This document shows positions 1-9,194 of a stretch of 64,000 nucleotides of DNA, one piece after another. The first letter of the stretch is position 1. The number at the start of each line of letters is the position of its first letter. Under the pieces are notes generated by a model, which worked only from the letters and a program-made list of their open reading frames with translations, was not told the origin of the DNA and did no database searches. The position numbers and the translations under genes are program-made. The stretch is from an uncultured Gemmatimonadota bacterium (GTDB taxonomy: Bacteria > JAAXHH01): positions 1,312,001 to 1,376,000 of the forward strand of contig OX638340.1 of assembly GCA_951812955.1 (NCBI GenBank), given 5' to 3'.

Positions 1-349
1 TCATCACGGCACTGACCATTTTCTACAGCATTCTGTCCGTGGCCCTCTTCGTACCCCTTATTGCGGGGCTGTATTCCAGAAAGCCGAATGCCGCGGGCGC
101 ACTGGCGACGATCATCGGTTCCGTTCTCGTGATGACCCTCGTACATCTGGCCACGGACGGGAGTGGAACCGGAGGCGTATCTCCCGCGACCTGGGGCATC
201 GGTACGGCCGTTGCGATTATGGCACTGCACATGGTGTACCGGCGTGACGCAGAACCGGCAGGATGACGTTGGTATCTATTCTGTTTATGCAAAAGACTCG
301 AATTTCAAACGGGCGTAACTGGTAACTCAACCAATCGAAGGAGGAAGAC

Positions 350-1240
350 ATGCTGAATGACCTGCGGGGCGTGATCCCCCCGGCAACCACACCATTCTCG
401 CGGGACGGAGACGTGGACCTCGGGGCCATGAAGGAACAGGTCGACTGGCTGATCGACCAGGGTGCGCACGGCATCGCGGTGGGCGGCAGCACGGGCGAAG
501 GCCATACGTTGGACGTCGACGAATTCCGGGGTCTGGTGGACACGGCCCTGGACGCCGCGGCGGGGCGCGTACCGGTCGTCGCCGGAATCATCGTCGACAG
601 CACCCGCGACGCCGTCCGTAGGGGGCAGGCCATCGCGGACCTGGACGTGGCGGCGTTGCAGGTGACCCCGGTCCATTACCTGTTTCGCCCGGACGATGAT
701 GCCATGCAGGAGCATTTCAGGGTGATGGGCGAGGAAGTGGAACATCCCATCATCATCTACAACGTGGTGCCCTGGAGCTACCTTTCGCCTGAACTGCTCT
801 GCCGGATCATGGACGAAGTGCCCGGAGTCGTCGGGGTGAAGCAGAGCGCCGGAGATCTGAAGCTGTTCGCCGACCTGATGCTCATGGCCGACCCGGAGCA
901 CCTGCTGTTCTGCGCCGTCGACGCCCTGATGTACTCGGCATACGCCCTGGGCGCCCGCGGATCGATCGCGGCCATACTGACGGCGACGCCCCGGGCCTCG
1001 GTGGATGTGTGGGACGCCGTACAGGCCGGAGATCACGCGCGGGCGCTCGATATGCACAAGAAACTGCTGCGACTCTGGAATGCCATGGATGGGACGAACC
1101 TGCCCGCCTGTACCAAGTATGCCCAGACGCTGCAGGGATGCCCCGGCCGATTCCCCCGCGCCCCAATGCAAGAAGCGTCCGACGAGCAGAAGCGGAACAT
1201 TGAAGAAGGACTTGCGCACCTGGGTGCGCTGGACGGATAG
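350..1240 (+). CDS. DapA-family (dihydrodipicolinate synthase/N-acetylneuraminate lyase-like) class I aldolase
   Basis: The N-terminus matches the DapA/NAL family pattern (…GVIPPATTPF…VDW L…GAHGIAVGGSTGE…). GGAGG ribosome-binding site lies just before ATG 350. ORF is 296 aa. Confidence 0.75.
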   Translation: MLNDLRGVIPPATTPFSRDGDVDLGAMKEQVDWLIDQGAHGIAVGGSTGEGHTLDVDEFRGLVDTALDAAAGRVPVVAGIIVDSTRDAVRRGQAIADLDVAALQVTPVHYLFRPDDDAMQEHFRVMGEEVEHPIIIYNVVPWSYLSPELLCRIMDEVPGVVGVKQSAGDLKLFADLMLMADPEHLLFCAVDALMYSAYALGARGSIAAILTATPRASVDVWDAVQAGDHARALDMHKKLLRLWNAMDGTNLPACTKYAQTLQGCPGRFPRAPMQEASDEQKRNIEEGLAHLGALDG

Positions 1241-1381
1241 TACCGGAAGGTCCGTGCACGACGTATCTTGCGAGTGGGCGGGCGCGCTAATAACAGCGGT
1301 TCGAGGACTGCAGAAATGGAGGATGCATCGCGTATGTCCGCATCGGAGAGCAAGTCGGCATCGGCCCCACGTCCCATCCGC

Positions 1382-2434
1382 ATGGAACCGGATCGCGTGA
1401 CGCGGATCATGGACCTCGTCTTCACGCGTCTGGGCCTGGAATGCGACGAAAGAAAGGTGGTCGTCGAGCGGCTCATGGAGGCCTCCCTTTCCGGGTACCA
1501 CTCCCACGGCGTGATGCGGATAACCATGTATACGGAAGGCATTCGCGTCGGCAATATGATCCCGGGCGCGAAGCTGGACGTCCTGGGTGAAACGGTCTCC
1601 ACGCTGCACCTGGACGCCAACAAGGGCATGGGGCCCTGGACGGCCACCGAGGCCATGAAGCGCGCGGTGGGCAAGGCCGAGGCAACGGGTATCGGTTGCG
1701 TGAGCGTCGTGAACGCCAATGATGTCGCGCGGCTGGGCGGATACGTGGAACAGCCGGCAAAAGACGGTTACATCGCCCTGCTGATGGCCAACGACGCCGG
1801 CGGCAATCCCTGCGTGGCGCCATGGGGCGCGACCTCACCCCTGATGAGCACAAACCCTATGGCCGTCGGTATTCCCCGGAAAGGCGGCGACCCGATCCTC
1901 ATCGATATCTCCACGGGGGTTTCTTCCGAGGGACGGGTCAAGATGCTGCGCAACCGGGGCCAGGCGGTACCCGACGGCTGGCTGATTGACGGAGATGGAC
2001 GGACCACGACGGATGCCGAAACCTACTTTTCAACGCCCAGGCAGGCAGCACTCCTGCCACTGGGCAGCCTGATCGCGGGACACAAGGGGTTCGCGCTGAG
2101 CATACTGGTCGACGTGCTGACTGGTGGCCTGAGCGGCGCGGGCTGCAGCGGCCGGTCGCCGGACGACCTCGACGAGAATGCCCTGTTCATCCTCGTCATC
2201 GACCCCGACAAGTTTGGTTCCAGGTCCGCCTTATCCGCAGAAGTGGACCGGCTCGCTGAGAGCATCAAGGGCGCACGCAAGGCACCCGGAGTCGACGAGA
2301 TCCGTGTGCCCGGCGATGGAGCCCGCAGCGAACGGGAGCGGCAACTGAAACAGGGTATTGAAATCGATCCGCCTGTCTGGTCCTCCATACAGGAAATCAT
2401 GGACGAATTGGGGATTGATCAGGACGGCCTGTAA
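1382..2434 (+). CDS. Ldh_2 family malate/L-lactate/pyrroline-carboxylate dehydrogenase
   Basis: The ERLMEASLSGYHSHGVMRI motif is typical of the Ldh_2 family. The family length (~350 aa) favours start M39 (1382) over M1 (1268); start choice is uncertain. Confidence 0.7.
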   Translation: MEPDRVTRIMDLVFTRLGLECDERKVVVERLMEASLSGYHSHGVMRITMYTEGIRVGNMIPGAKLDVLGETVSTLHLDANKGMGPWTATEAMKRAVGKAEATGIGCVSVVNANDVARLGGYVEQPAKDGYIALLMANDAGGNPCVAPWGATSPLMSTNPMAVGIPRKGGDPILIDISTGVSSEGRVKMLRNRGQAVPDGWLIDGDGRTTTDAETYFSTPRQAALLPLGSLIAGHKGFALSILVDVLTGGLSGAGCSGRSPDDLDENALFILVIDPDKFGSRSALSAEVDRLAESIKGARKAPGVDEIRVPGDGARSERERQLKQGIEIDPPVWSSIQEIMDELGIDQDGL

Positions 2435-2464
2435 CACGGCGTTCGGCTTCGCTCCCAACAGTCA

Positions 2465-4402
2465 TCAATAACCGCTGTTCCCTAACCTGACACCGATGTA
2501 GCCGGTCATGCCCACGGTTCCGTATCCCAGGATTTCCTCGTACTCCGCATTGAGCAGATTGTCGATCCTTCCGAATAACTGGATGTTCGGTGTGACCTTC
2601 CAATTGGCGGCCACATTCACGATCCCGTAGCCATCCAGCGTTACCGGTGTGGCGGGCCAGGTCGAGAAGTCGTTGTCCCTTCGCTCCCCCGAAAAACGGA
2701 AACTCAGGTTCAGATCTACGCCCTGCCGTACTCGCTGATCAAGGACGATCCCGCCGCTGTGCCTCGGCCGTCTCAATAACTGCTCATCCGACTCATGGTC
2801 CTTCGAATCGGTCAAAGTATAGTAGGCACGCAGGGAAGTTCCCGCGATTCCCACATACCGTCCGGTCAACTCCAACCCCTTGCTTGTGGCCTTGAACACG
2901 TTCTTGTAACTGGATGTTTCGCTGTCCCACCCGACCATATTGTCGAAGGTATTGTCGAAATAGGTCACGCCGGCCACCAGCTTCTGATCGGCCAGGTACT
3001 GCTCCAGCCCCGCTTCCCAGCTCTTGCTGGTCCCGGCCTGGAGCGTGGAATCACCGAAGGAAGAATGCAGTTGAAACAGTGACGGCGCCTTGTAACCCGT
3101 ACCGTAGGCGCCTTTGATCCTGATTCCCGACGCTTCGAAGTACGCGTTTGGCGCGATGCTGTAGGTGACTTTAGAACCGTACCGGCTGTGATGATCGGCT
3201 CGCACGCCAAGGGTTGCAAACAGCGTATTGCCATACTGCAGCAACTCCTGCAGATAAGCACCGGTCATCCTTGCGGATCGGCGATCGAACTTGCTCGGGA
3301 ATCGGCCCCTTGATTCTGATTCTCCCTGTTCCGTTTCGGTTTCGGCGCCGAATACGAGCGTATTCCCGCCAGACAGCATCAGCGTGTTCTGCCAGTCTAT
3401 TTTGTGCAACCGCGCGTAGAACGTGGAGTTCGAAGCCGTTTCCTGGTTCTCGTCCACCGGATTGTCGTCTTCCCTGCTGTGATCGACGAGGCTATATCCC
3501 AGGGTCTGCTTCCATCGCTGCGACCACAATTCGAGGGTGGCCGAGGGACGGACAAACAGTTGCCTGGAGGAGTTTACCCGATTGGGATCGTCCCCATCGG
3601 GACCGGCTCCATTATCGATATCGGCCCGGCCATCCGTGAAACGAAACGTGAGATCGACCGAAGCATTCGCGGCGGGCGTCGCCCCGAAGCGTCCACCCAC
3701 CGTGGTGTTTCGATAGCCGTCTTCTTCCTGGTTCCCCAGGGCATTCGCTGAAATACCCCGAGCGTTCAGGAAGGAGCCGTCGATCGCATACTGGTAACTG
3801 TCCGTTCCGCCATTCAATCCCGCCCGGCTTCGAAACGTACCCAGGGCGCCGCCCTCGAAGGATGCCCCGATCTTTGGCTTACCCTCACCGCGCTTCGTAA
3901 TGATGTTCACGACCCCCGCGATGGCGTCCGACCCGTACAGTGTACTCTGGGACCCGTACAGCACCTCGATACGTTCTACCTGGTCGACGGTCAGATGCGC
4001 CGGGCTGTAGCCGCGACCCGGAGACATGGCATCGTTGACCTCGATTCCATCGATCAGAAACAGGGTGTAGGACGATTCGGCACCGCGAAGAAAAACAGAC
4101 GCGTTATTACCCGTGCCGCCAGCCTGTGCCATGCTCAAACCGCCCACGTCGCGCAGCACGCCGGCGACCGTGTTCTGGCTGCTGCGTTCGATATCGTCGG
4201 CGGTGATTACGGCGATCGAGCTCGACACCTGCCGCAAGGGTGTTTCGATTTTCGCAGCGGTTACGACAACGGCATCCAGAATGTATCTGGGTTCCTGGTC
4301 CACCGGGTCCTCCGGGTCCGGTGAATTCTGCGCAAATCCTGGCGCTGCGGACAGCAGGTAAAAACAGAGCACGGCTTTAATCGCATGTGGTATGTGTTTC
4401 AT
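2465..4402 (-). CDS. btuB: TonB-dependent outer-membrane receptor, BtuB-like (candidate vitamin B12 transporter)
   Basis: Signal peptide present. The plug region resembles E. coli BtuB (…VVTAAKIETPLRQVSSSIAVITADDIER…VFLRGAESSYTLFLIDGIEVND…). GGGAGG RBS before ATG 4402. Preceded by a cobalamin-riboswitch-like leader. Confidence 0.7.
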   Translation of the reverse strand: MKHIPHAIKAVLCFYLLSAAPGFAQNSPDPEDPVDQEPRYILDAVVVTAAKIETPLRQVSSSIAVITADDIERSSQNTVAGVLRDVGGLSMAQAGGTGNNASVFLRGAESSYTLFLIDGIEVNDAMSPGRGYSPAHLTVDQVERIEVLYGSQSTLYGSDAIAGVVNIITKRGEGKPKIGASFEGGALGTFRSRAGLNGGTDSYQYAIDGSFLNARGISANALGNQEEDGYRNTTVGGRFGATPAANASVDLTFRFTDGRADIDNGAGPDGDDPNRVNSSRQLFVRPSATLELWSQRWKQTLGYSLVDHSREDDNPVDENQETASNSTFYARLHKIDWQNTLMLSGGNTLVFGAETETEQGESESRGRFPSKFDRRSARMTGAYLQELLQYGNTLFATLGVRADHHSRYGSKVTYSIAPNAYFEASGIRIKGAYGTGYKAPSLFQLHSSFGDSTLQAGTSKSWEAGLEQYLADQKLVAGVTYFDNTFDNMVGWDSETSSYKNVFKATSKGLELTGRYVGIAGTSLRAYYTLTDSKDHESDEQLLRRPRHSGGIVLDQRVRQGVDLNLSFRFSGERRDNDFSTWPATPVTLDGYGIVNVAANWKVTPNIQLFGRIDNLLNAEYEEILGYGTVGMTGYIGVRLGNSGY

Positions 4403-4494
4403 CTTGCCTCCCGATATGGTAGATGGTTCGGTGCCTGCAAATTGACGACGCGCATTGGGGTCCATCAGGTCGTTGATTCAGATCGATCTCCTTT

Positions 4495-4860
4495 AAATAA
4501 AAAATCCCCGTACCTGAACGTTGTCAGATACGGGGATGCCGTTTGTCATCCTCGGAATACGGCCACTTGCAGATTACGCCCCAATGAATATACTACGGGA
4601 CAAAAACGCCTGGCGGCCGTACTTACGATTATCCATGTACACCGGACGACTTCAGTCCACGGAAGTCCCGATGAAAACTATGGGCAGGTCGGTCTTCTGG
4701 CTTCCGGATCGATCTACTCGCCGCGCCTTCCCATTCCCGGAGGAACAGTGGCTCGAGCACTATGGCTCTTGATGCGGTTTTCGTCCCCGGTCACAGCGAC
4801 GGGTCCGCGACGGATTCGCACCGTCTTCCCAACTTCTCACCTGCTCCTGTCAAGATAGTA
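4495..4860 (-). ncRNA. candidate cobalamin (B12) riboswitch with terminator hairpin (4505-4536, followed by T6ATTTA on the minus strand)
   Basis: On the minus strand, in order: GGTGCGAATCCGTCGCGGACCCGTCGCTGT (4822→), GCCACTG (4752→4746), GGGAATGGGAAGGC (4722→4715), B12-box-like AGCCAGAAGACCGACCTGCC (4692→4673), then a stem-loop TCCCCGTA…TACGGGGA plus a U-tract. This matches the order of conserved blocks in cobalamin riboswitches. Confidence 0.55.
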
Positions 4861-5006
4861 CCGTTTCGGGGTGAGATCAATCGAAAACTGCGGATTACCT
4901 TAAGGTCGCAGCAAAACTGCTACGTGAGCTACTGGGAAGTGTAATCCTTGATGCGAGGGAGGATTGGTCCGGAGGCGTTCTGGAATCCGCATACAAGCGT
5001 CAATAA

Positions 5007-5762
5007 TTATGACACTTCGATAAGTATCCTGCAATGATCGCTGGGACCCCATTCTTCCGGCTTGTTCAGTGCCGTTGTTCTGATGGAATTCTTCATGCTT
5101 CGTGAAGCAAACACGTAATCCAGCTGCCTGGTGGCCGTCGCAGGTTTTTGACTGGTATGATAGTATGTGGGACCCTGGGGGCCTATCATGGGCAGACCAA
5201 TTGATGACATCCTGTCGAATACTGCTTTCTTGCGGGTCTTCCAGTATTCGTTGCTTCCATCGCCATCCATCACAGTTGTATCTCCAGCCGCGATCATCCT
5301 GAAACTGTTCTTCCTGCCTATAAGCAGCGAGATGTCCGATATGATGCGATGGATCGACGTGTCTACTAGATCACGGCTTTTAAGGCCCGATGATGGATGA
5401 TATGCCTCATACTGGGGACAGAATGACACTACATGAATCGGCCAGTCCCGGAATTTGCCTTCAAGAGGGGTCACAACGGCCGCGGACAGGCATCCCGGAT
5501 GACTGGACTGTATATCATCCAGATAACACACCTTAACCCTGTCGGATGTTTTTACTATAGCACATCTGGATCGTGCTTTGCCCCGACTATCTGGTCTAAG
5601 TGGGTCCTTTTTGTAGTATGGCGCAGGATCCACTTCAATTCTGCCAGCCACATCCTTTGGCGGTTTATAGCCTTCCTGGAGCAGGACAATATCTACGTCC
5701 AGATCAGGCAAGGATCTCCATGCCGCCCTGCGATGCCCGATATTCCAGCAGACCAGTTTCAT
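5007..5762 (-). CDS. endonuclease/exonuclease/phosphatase (EEP, DNase I-like fold) family protein, copy 1
   Basis: N-terminal …CWNIG…DIVLLQE… and C-terminal …EWGPSDHCRI… motifs of the EEP superfamily. No signal peptide. Low-GC region. GGAG RBS before the second ATG (5762); the ORF track starts at 5783. Confidence 0.7.
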   Translation of the reverse strand: MKLVCWNIGHRRAAWRSLPDLDVDIVLLQEGYKPPKDVAGRIEVDPAPYYKKDPLRPDSRGKARSRCAIVKTSDRVKVCYLDDIQSSHPGCLSAAVVTPLEGKFRDWPIHVVSFCPQYEAYHPSSGLKSRDLVDTSIHRIISDISLLIGRKNSFRMIAAGDTTVMDGDGSNEYWKTRKKAVFDRMSSIGLPMIGPQGPTYYHTSQKPATATRQLDYVFASRSMKNSIRTTALNKPEEWGPSDHCRILIEVS

Positions 5763-5798
5763 CCAGATCTCCAAACGGTCCATCTGAAGATCGCAGCA

Positions 5799-6179
5799 CT
5801 ATGGCTTGTCGTCAAAGTACGGAGAGCAGTTTTGTTTCCAGGCCAGCCAGGTCCGACTGCCGTCGGAAGCCACAATGACGTGATCTTTGAACTTTTCCGG
5901 TATATTGGTGATTTTGCCTTGAGGGCCTTCGCCCGTTACGAACAGATCGTCCAGCGTCGTCCTTTCATGAAACAACCTGCTCTTTCCTTCGTGCACGGCG
6001 TCCTTTATTTCTGAAATCACCTGTCTGAATTCTTCTTCTATATCATCGGTTATTGTTTCCCTTTCCGACATTGTCCTTGTCTCCTTGTAGGCTTCCCACA
6101 ACCGCTTGACATGTTTGGCATACCTAAAATACTTCGCAAGCTCCAGAAGCAGTTCGAGGTATTCGGTCATGACCTGCAA
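5799..6179 (-). CDS. hypothetical protein (126 aa), co-oriented 15 nt upstream of EEP copy 1
   Basis: Clean charged, helical-looking ORF in a low-GC segment. TTG start at 6179, or ATG at 6170. No recognisable domain. Confidence 0.45.
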   Translation of the reverse strand: MQVMTEYLELLLELAKYFRYAKHVKRLWEAYKETRTMSERETITDDIEEEFRQVISEIKDAVHEGKSRLFHERTTLDDLFVTGEGPQGKITNIPEKFKDHVIVASDGSRTWLAWKQNCSPYFDDKP

Positions 6180-6285
6180 TGCCTGATTTAAAGGATACCC
6201 AATGCCGCCCTGAATTCAAAGGTATTCCCGATAAACATCCAAACAGCACCCTTGTACCTGGCATAGCCTCAGTTTTCTACCACAA

Positions 6286-7941
6286 TCACCACCTGGCGTT
6301 TAACTGCAAAATCCATCGTGTTTCGACGAGGGGAACCTTGAGTTGATCGTAGCGGGTCTGACGTGTCCGCGTATAACGCACCACGGTGGAAACGCCCGAT
6401 CCGACCGGTCCGTACAGCAGGATAACCCACCTATCGCGGCGGTTGGATCGAAATAGGGAGGTCGATTCCTCCGGCTCGGGTAACCCGGCCAACGTGTATT
6501 CCCACTGGGCGGACAGGCTGACACGGTCCCTGGACCGGTATCGCATGTACAATCGCAGATCGTGCGCGGGATTCAAACCGGACTGGCCGCGTCGCTCGTA
6601 GCGGGCCCGCCACTGGACCCGGGCGGGCAGCCGCCAGGCCATCTGACCTCGCCAGGATTCCAGCAGAACCGATCCATCAATTCTATGCGCATCCATCTCA
6701 CGGCGCCACACGCCCGAGAGTACGAGGCCGCCGTTCATTCTTCGGCGAAATCGGAAGGTGCTGCGCCGGTACAACTCCAAGTTGGTCAACCGGGGTTCAA
6801 CGCTCAGTTGCAGCGTGGTCCGGCGGTCCGGCCGCCAGCGCAGGAGCAGGCTCTGCCACGTCCGTTCGGACTTCTCGATGAACCGGGCATTCGGCTGACG
6901 GTGGATAGTCAGTCCCCCTTCCACGCGCTCCATGCTCCAGATCATGCCCCCCTGAACGGTCTGGTATCCCTCATCGTCGATGGCCATTTCACCGAACAGA
7001 TTCGTACCGCCGAAGAGCAAGTCCAGGTCCACGCCAGCACGTACGCGACCTTCCGTGTGAATGGCCGAGATACCGATCAGTCCACTGTTTCGCTTCCAGT
7101 CCAGGCGGCCCCCAGGTTCCCATTTTCCCGATGCGGTCCGTGAGAGGATCCCCGTCAGGCTATAACCTGGGCGGGCAATCCGCAGCGCCACGCCACGACG
7201 GGCGCCGGATACGTAGGTCGTTCTTACGGGTCTCAGTCCCCGGACACGGCGTTTCACGGACGCACTTAGACTGGCCGTCGAAGGCCGGATCGAATGACTG
7301 CGCCACACCAGTCCCTGGCCGAAATCCACTTCGTAGTATCCCAGGATCAACATGCGGGATGCATCCGCCTGACCCAGTTCCAGGTATCCCGACCGCCACC
7401 GGGTTTCACCGTCTCGATCCCGGCGTTCCCCCCGTCCGCCCAGTCTGAACGACCGTCCGAGTTCAATGTCCCCCTGCAGACCGAGGATGCCGTTTCCCGT
7501 CGCTTCCGGACGGTCGGTGCGGCTTCGCGACAGGCGCCCGCGACCCGCGGTTTTAAAGGTGCGGACACCGTCCGCCCGAATAAAGGGACTGATTCGGGAT
7601 ACAAGAGCCTCCGTGAAACCTGGAATTCGAACGAGTTCCCCCACGCTGGTGAAGGGGCCGAGCTTTTCACGCCAGGTGACGACGGCTCCGGCGAGCGCCG
7701 GCGTGATCCACGGCAGTTGTTCCAGCTCGGTCCGGCTGGCCCGGTTGATATCGAGCGGGTCGCGCCGCAAGGAGACCAGCAGCGCGATGTCCTCCGGATC
7801 GATGTCTGCTGCTTCCCGGTCGATCAGTGCATCAATGGAGTAGTCTGGTTCCTGCCCCGACCGTTCTTCAGGAGAGAAAATCATCATTGCTAGGTACACG
7901 GAGACCAGAATTCGCCATGCGTGGTACATGAACCGGCTCAT
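6286..7941 (-). CDS. hypothetical secreted/outer-membrane protein with N-terminal helix-hairpin-helix (ComEA-like) segment
   Basis: Signal/TM segment present. An HhH-like stretch (…INRASRTELEQLPWITPALAGAVVTWREKLGPFTSVGELVRIPGF…) is followed by a long R/W/Y-rich beta-rich region. Start overlaps the stop of the upstream gene. Confidence 0.45.
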   Translation of the reverse strand: MSRFMYHAWRILVSVYLAMMIFSPEERSGQEPDYSIDALIDREAADIDPEDIALLVSLRRDPLDINRASRTELEQLPWITPALAGAVVTWREKLGPFTSVGELVRIPGFTEALVSRISPFIRADGVRTFKTAGRGRLSRSRTDRPEATGNGILGLQGDIELGRSFRLGGRGERRDRDGETRWRSGYLELGQADASRMLILGYYEVDFGQGLVWRSHSIRPSTASLSASVKRRVRGLRPVRTTYVSGARRGVALRIARPGYSLTGILSRTASGKWEPGGRLDWKRNSGLIGISAIHTEGRVRAGVDLDLLFGGTNLFGEMAIDDEGYQTVQGGMIWSMERVEGGLTIHRQPNARFIEKSERTWQSLLLRWRPDRRTTLQLSVEPRLTNLELYRRSTFRFRRRMNGGLVLSGVWRREMDAHRIDGSVLLESWRGQMAWRLPARVQWRARYERRGQSGLNPAHDLRLYMRYRSRDRVSLSAQWEYTLAGLPEPEESTSLFRSNRRDRWVILLYGPVGSGVSTVVRYTRTRQTRYDQLKVPLVETRWILQLNARW

Positions 7942-7942
7942 T

Positions 7943-8752
7943 TCAGCCGAATTCCATGGTGACAGAAAACCGGTGCGTGATGCCTAGCAGGGAGTGAGAC
8001 GACAGGGCGTAATCCGTTTTCACGCGGCCCTTTTCCAGGCCCAGGCCAACATAGAACAGTGACGGATCGGTCGTCAGACCCGCCCGGATCGTTACAACCT
8101 CGGCCAGGTGAAACTCCTGCCCCACCCTCGTGGTGTAGCCGTGGCGGGGGTGGTGGTCGAACTGGAACGAAACCGTCAGGCGGTCTCCCGTCCTGCTCAG
8201 CCCCGCCTGGATGATACGCGGATTCTCAGTTGCCGTGCCGGACTCCTTGAGAAGTGCGACGGCATGGGCCATCGCGCCGAGACGAAGTTGATACGGGAGA
8301 TCTATGAGGACACCCGCGTCCAACGCGACGGCGGAAGCGCCTTCGTAGTTTTTGACTGCAAGGCTCAATCGGCGAAGCGTAAGTCCCGCATGGAATCTCC
8401 TGCTGATGGATCGTCCGTAGGAAAGGCCGAACACACCCTCCCGGTACAACGAGCTTCCGAGACCGTGGTAGAACAGGCCGATGTGGCCCAGGACGGTAGG
8501 TGCGACACCGGAGATGGCCACCTGGGCCAGCTCTTTCATGCCGAATAGCCGCGTGTAGTGGCTCGTCAATGCGAACCGGCCGACCTGGGGCGTACCGCCC
8601 GGATTGAGGAAGGCCGCTTCGGCGTCATCCGCGACGGCTACGAAAGCGCCCGCCATGCCGACCGGCCTCGCACCGGCAAAAACTGGTTCGAATGCGCTCC
8701 AGGCCGTACCTGGAGTCAATAGCAGTAACAACAGCGGTAGTATCCGTTTCAT
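7943..8752 (-). CDS. putative outer-membrane beta-barrel protein (FadL/PorV-like N-terminal motif)
   Basis: Signal peptide MKRILPLLLLLLTPGTAWS. Motif GMAGAFVAVADDAEAAFLNPGG. Ends with aromatic residues (…TMEFG). GGGAG RBS before ATG 8752. Confidence 0.45.
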   Translation of the reverse strand: MKRILPLLLLLLTPGTAWSAFEPVFAGARPVGMAGAFVAVADDAEAAFLNPGGTPQVGRFALTSHYTRLFGMKELAQVAISGVAPTVLGHIGLFYHGLGSSLYREGVFGLSYGRSISRRFHAGLTLRRLSLAVKNYEGASAVALDAGVLIDLPYQLRLGAMAHAVALLKESGTATENPRIIQAGLSRTGDRLTVSFQFDHHPRHGYTTRVGQEFHLAEVVTIRAGLTTDPSLFYVGLGLEKGRVKTDYALSSHSLLGITHRFSVTMEFG

Positions 8753-8920
8753 TTGGGCTCCCATCTCGAAATGATCGACTTGTTTCTCTATTCAAAGCGC
8801 CACACTTCATCAGTCGGAAGCACATCATGAAATCTCGTTTTAGACTGCCATTAATCGGCCTGAACCCGCTCCAATCTCGTATTGACTCCCACCCCTGATC
8901 CCGTATATTGTGGATGGTGC

Positions 8921-8994
8921 GCCCCAGTAGCTCAGTTGGACAGAGCATCGGACTTCTAATCCGAGGGTCGCAGGTTCGAATCCTGCCTGGGGTA
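8921..8994 (+). tRNA. tRNA-Arg (anticodon TCT)
   Basis: Cloverleaf read by eye: acceptor GCCCCAG/CTGGGGT, D-arm GCTC-AGTTGGACA-GAGC, anticodon arm TCGGA-CTTCTAA-TCCGA, T-arm GCAGG-TTCGAAT-CCTGC, discriminator A. CCA is not encoded. Confidence 0.8.
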
Positions 8995-9054
8995 TGGGAA
9001 CCGGGCTTTCAGCGTAGTCCGCGCAGTGGTTGCGCCGGTTCCCGGTTCCCCCGT

Positions 9055-9128
9055 GCGTCCGTAGCTCAGCTGGATAGAGCAACTGACTTCGGATCAGTAG
9101 GTCGGGGGTTCGAATCCCTCCGGGCGTA
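9055..9128 (+). tRNA. tRNA-Arg (anticodon TCG; anticodon assignment by eye)
   Basis: GCGTCCGTAGCTCAGCTGGATAGAGC… closely matches the bacterial tRNA-Arg backbone. Anticodon arm ACTGA-CTTCGGA-TCAGT, T-arm GGGGG-TTCGAAT-CCCTC. Acceptor stem has two G·U pairs. Confidence 0.7.
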
Positions 9129-9194
9129 TACATTTCATCGACATCCCCATCTGTTCATCGTTTCCAAGGCATCGATTGCCGGGAAGGAACGACC

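Noticed and set aside
305-1609. Long antisense ORFs opposite real genes (for example 305-1609 -, 9135-10304 -, 14424-15587 -, 15803-16723 -, 20141-20899 -, 28357-29445 +, 59457-60731 -, 60703-61947 -)
   Set aside because: These are typical high-GC antisense open frames with Arg/Pro/Gly-rich nonsense composition. The sense-strand genes carry clear family motifs.
5433-6014. 193-aa plus-strand ORF overlapping EEP copy 1 and the 126-aa gene
   Set aside because: It is antisense to two well-formed minus-strand genes, and its sequence lacks protein-like features.
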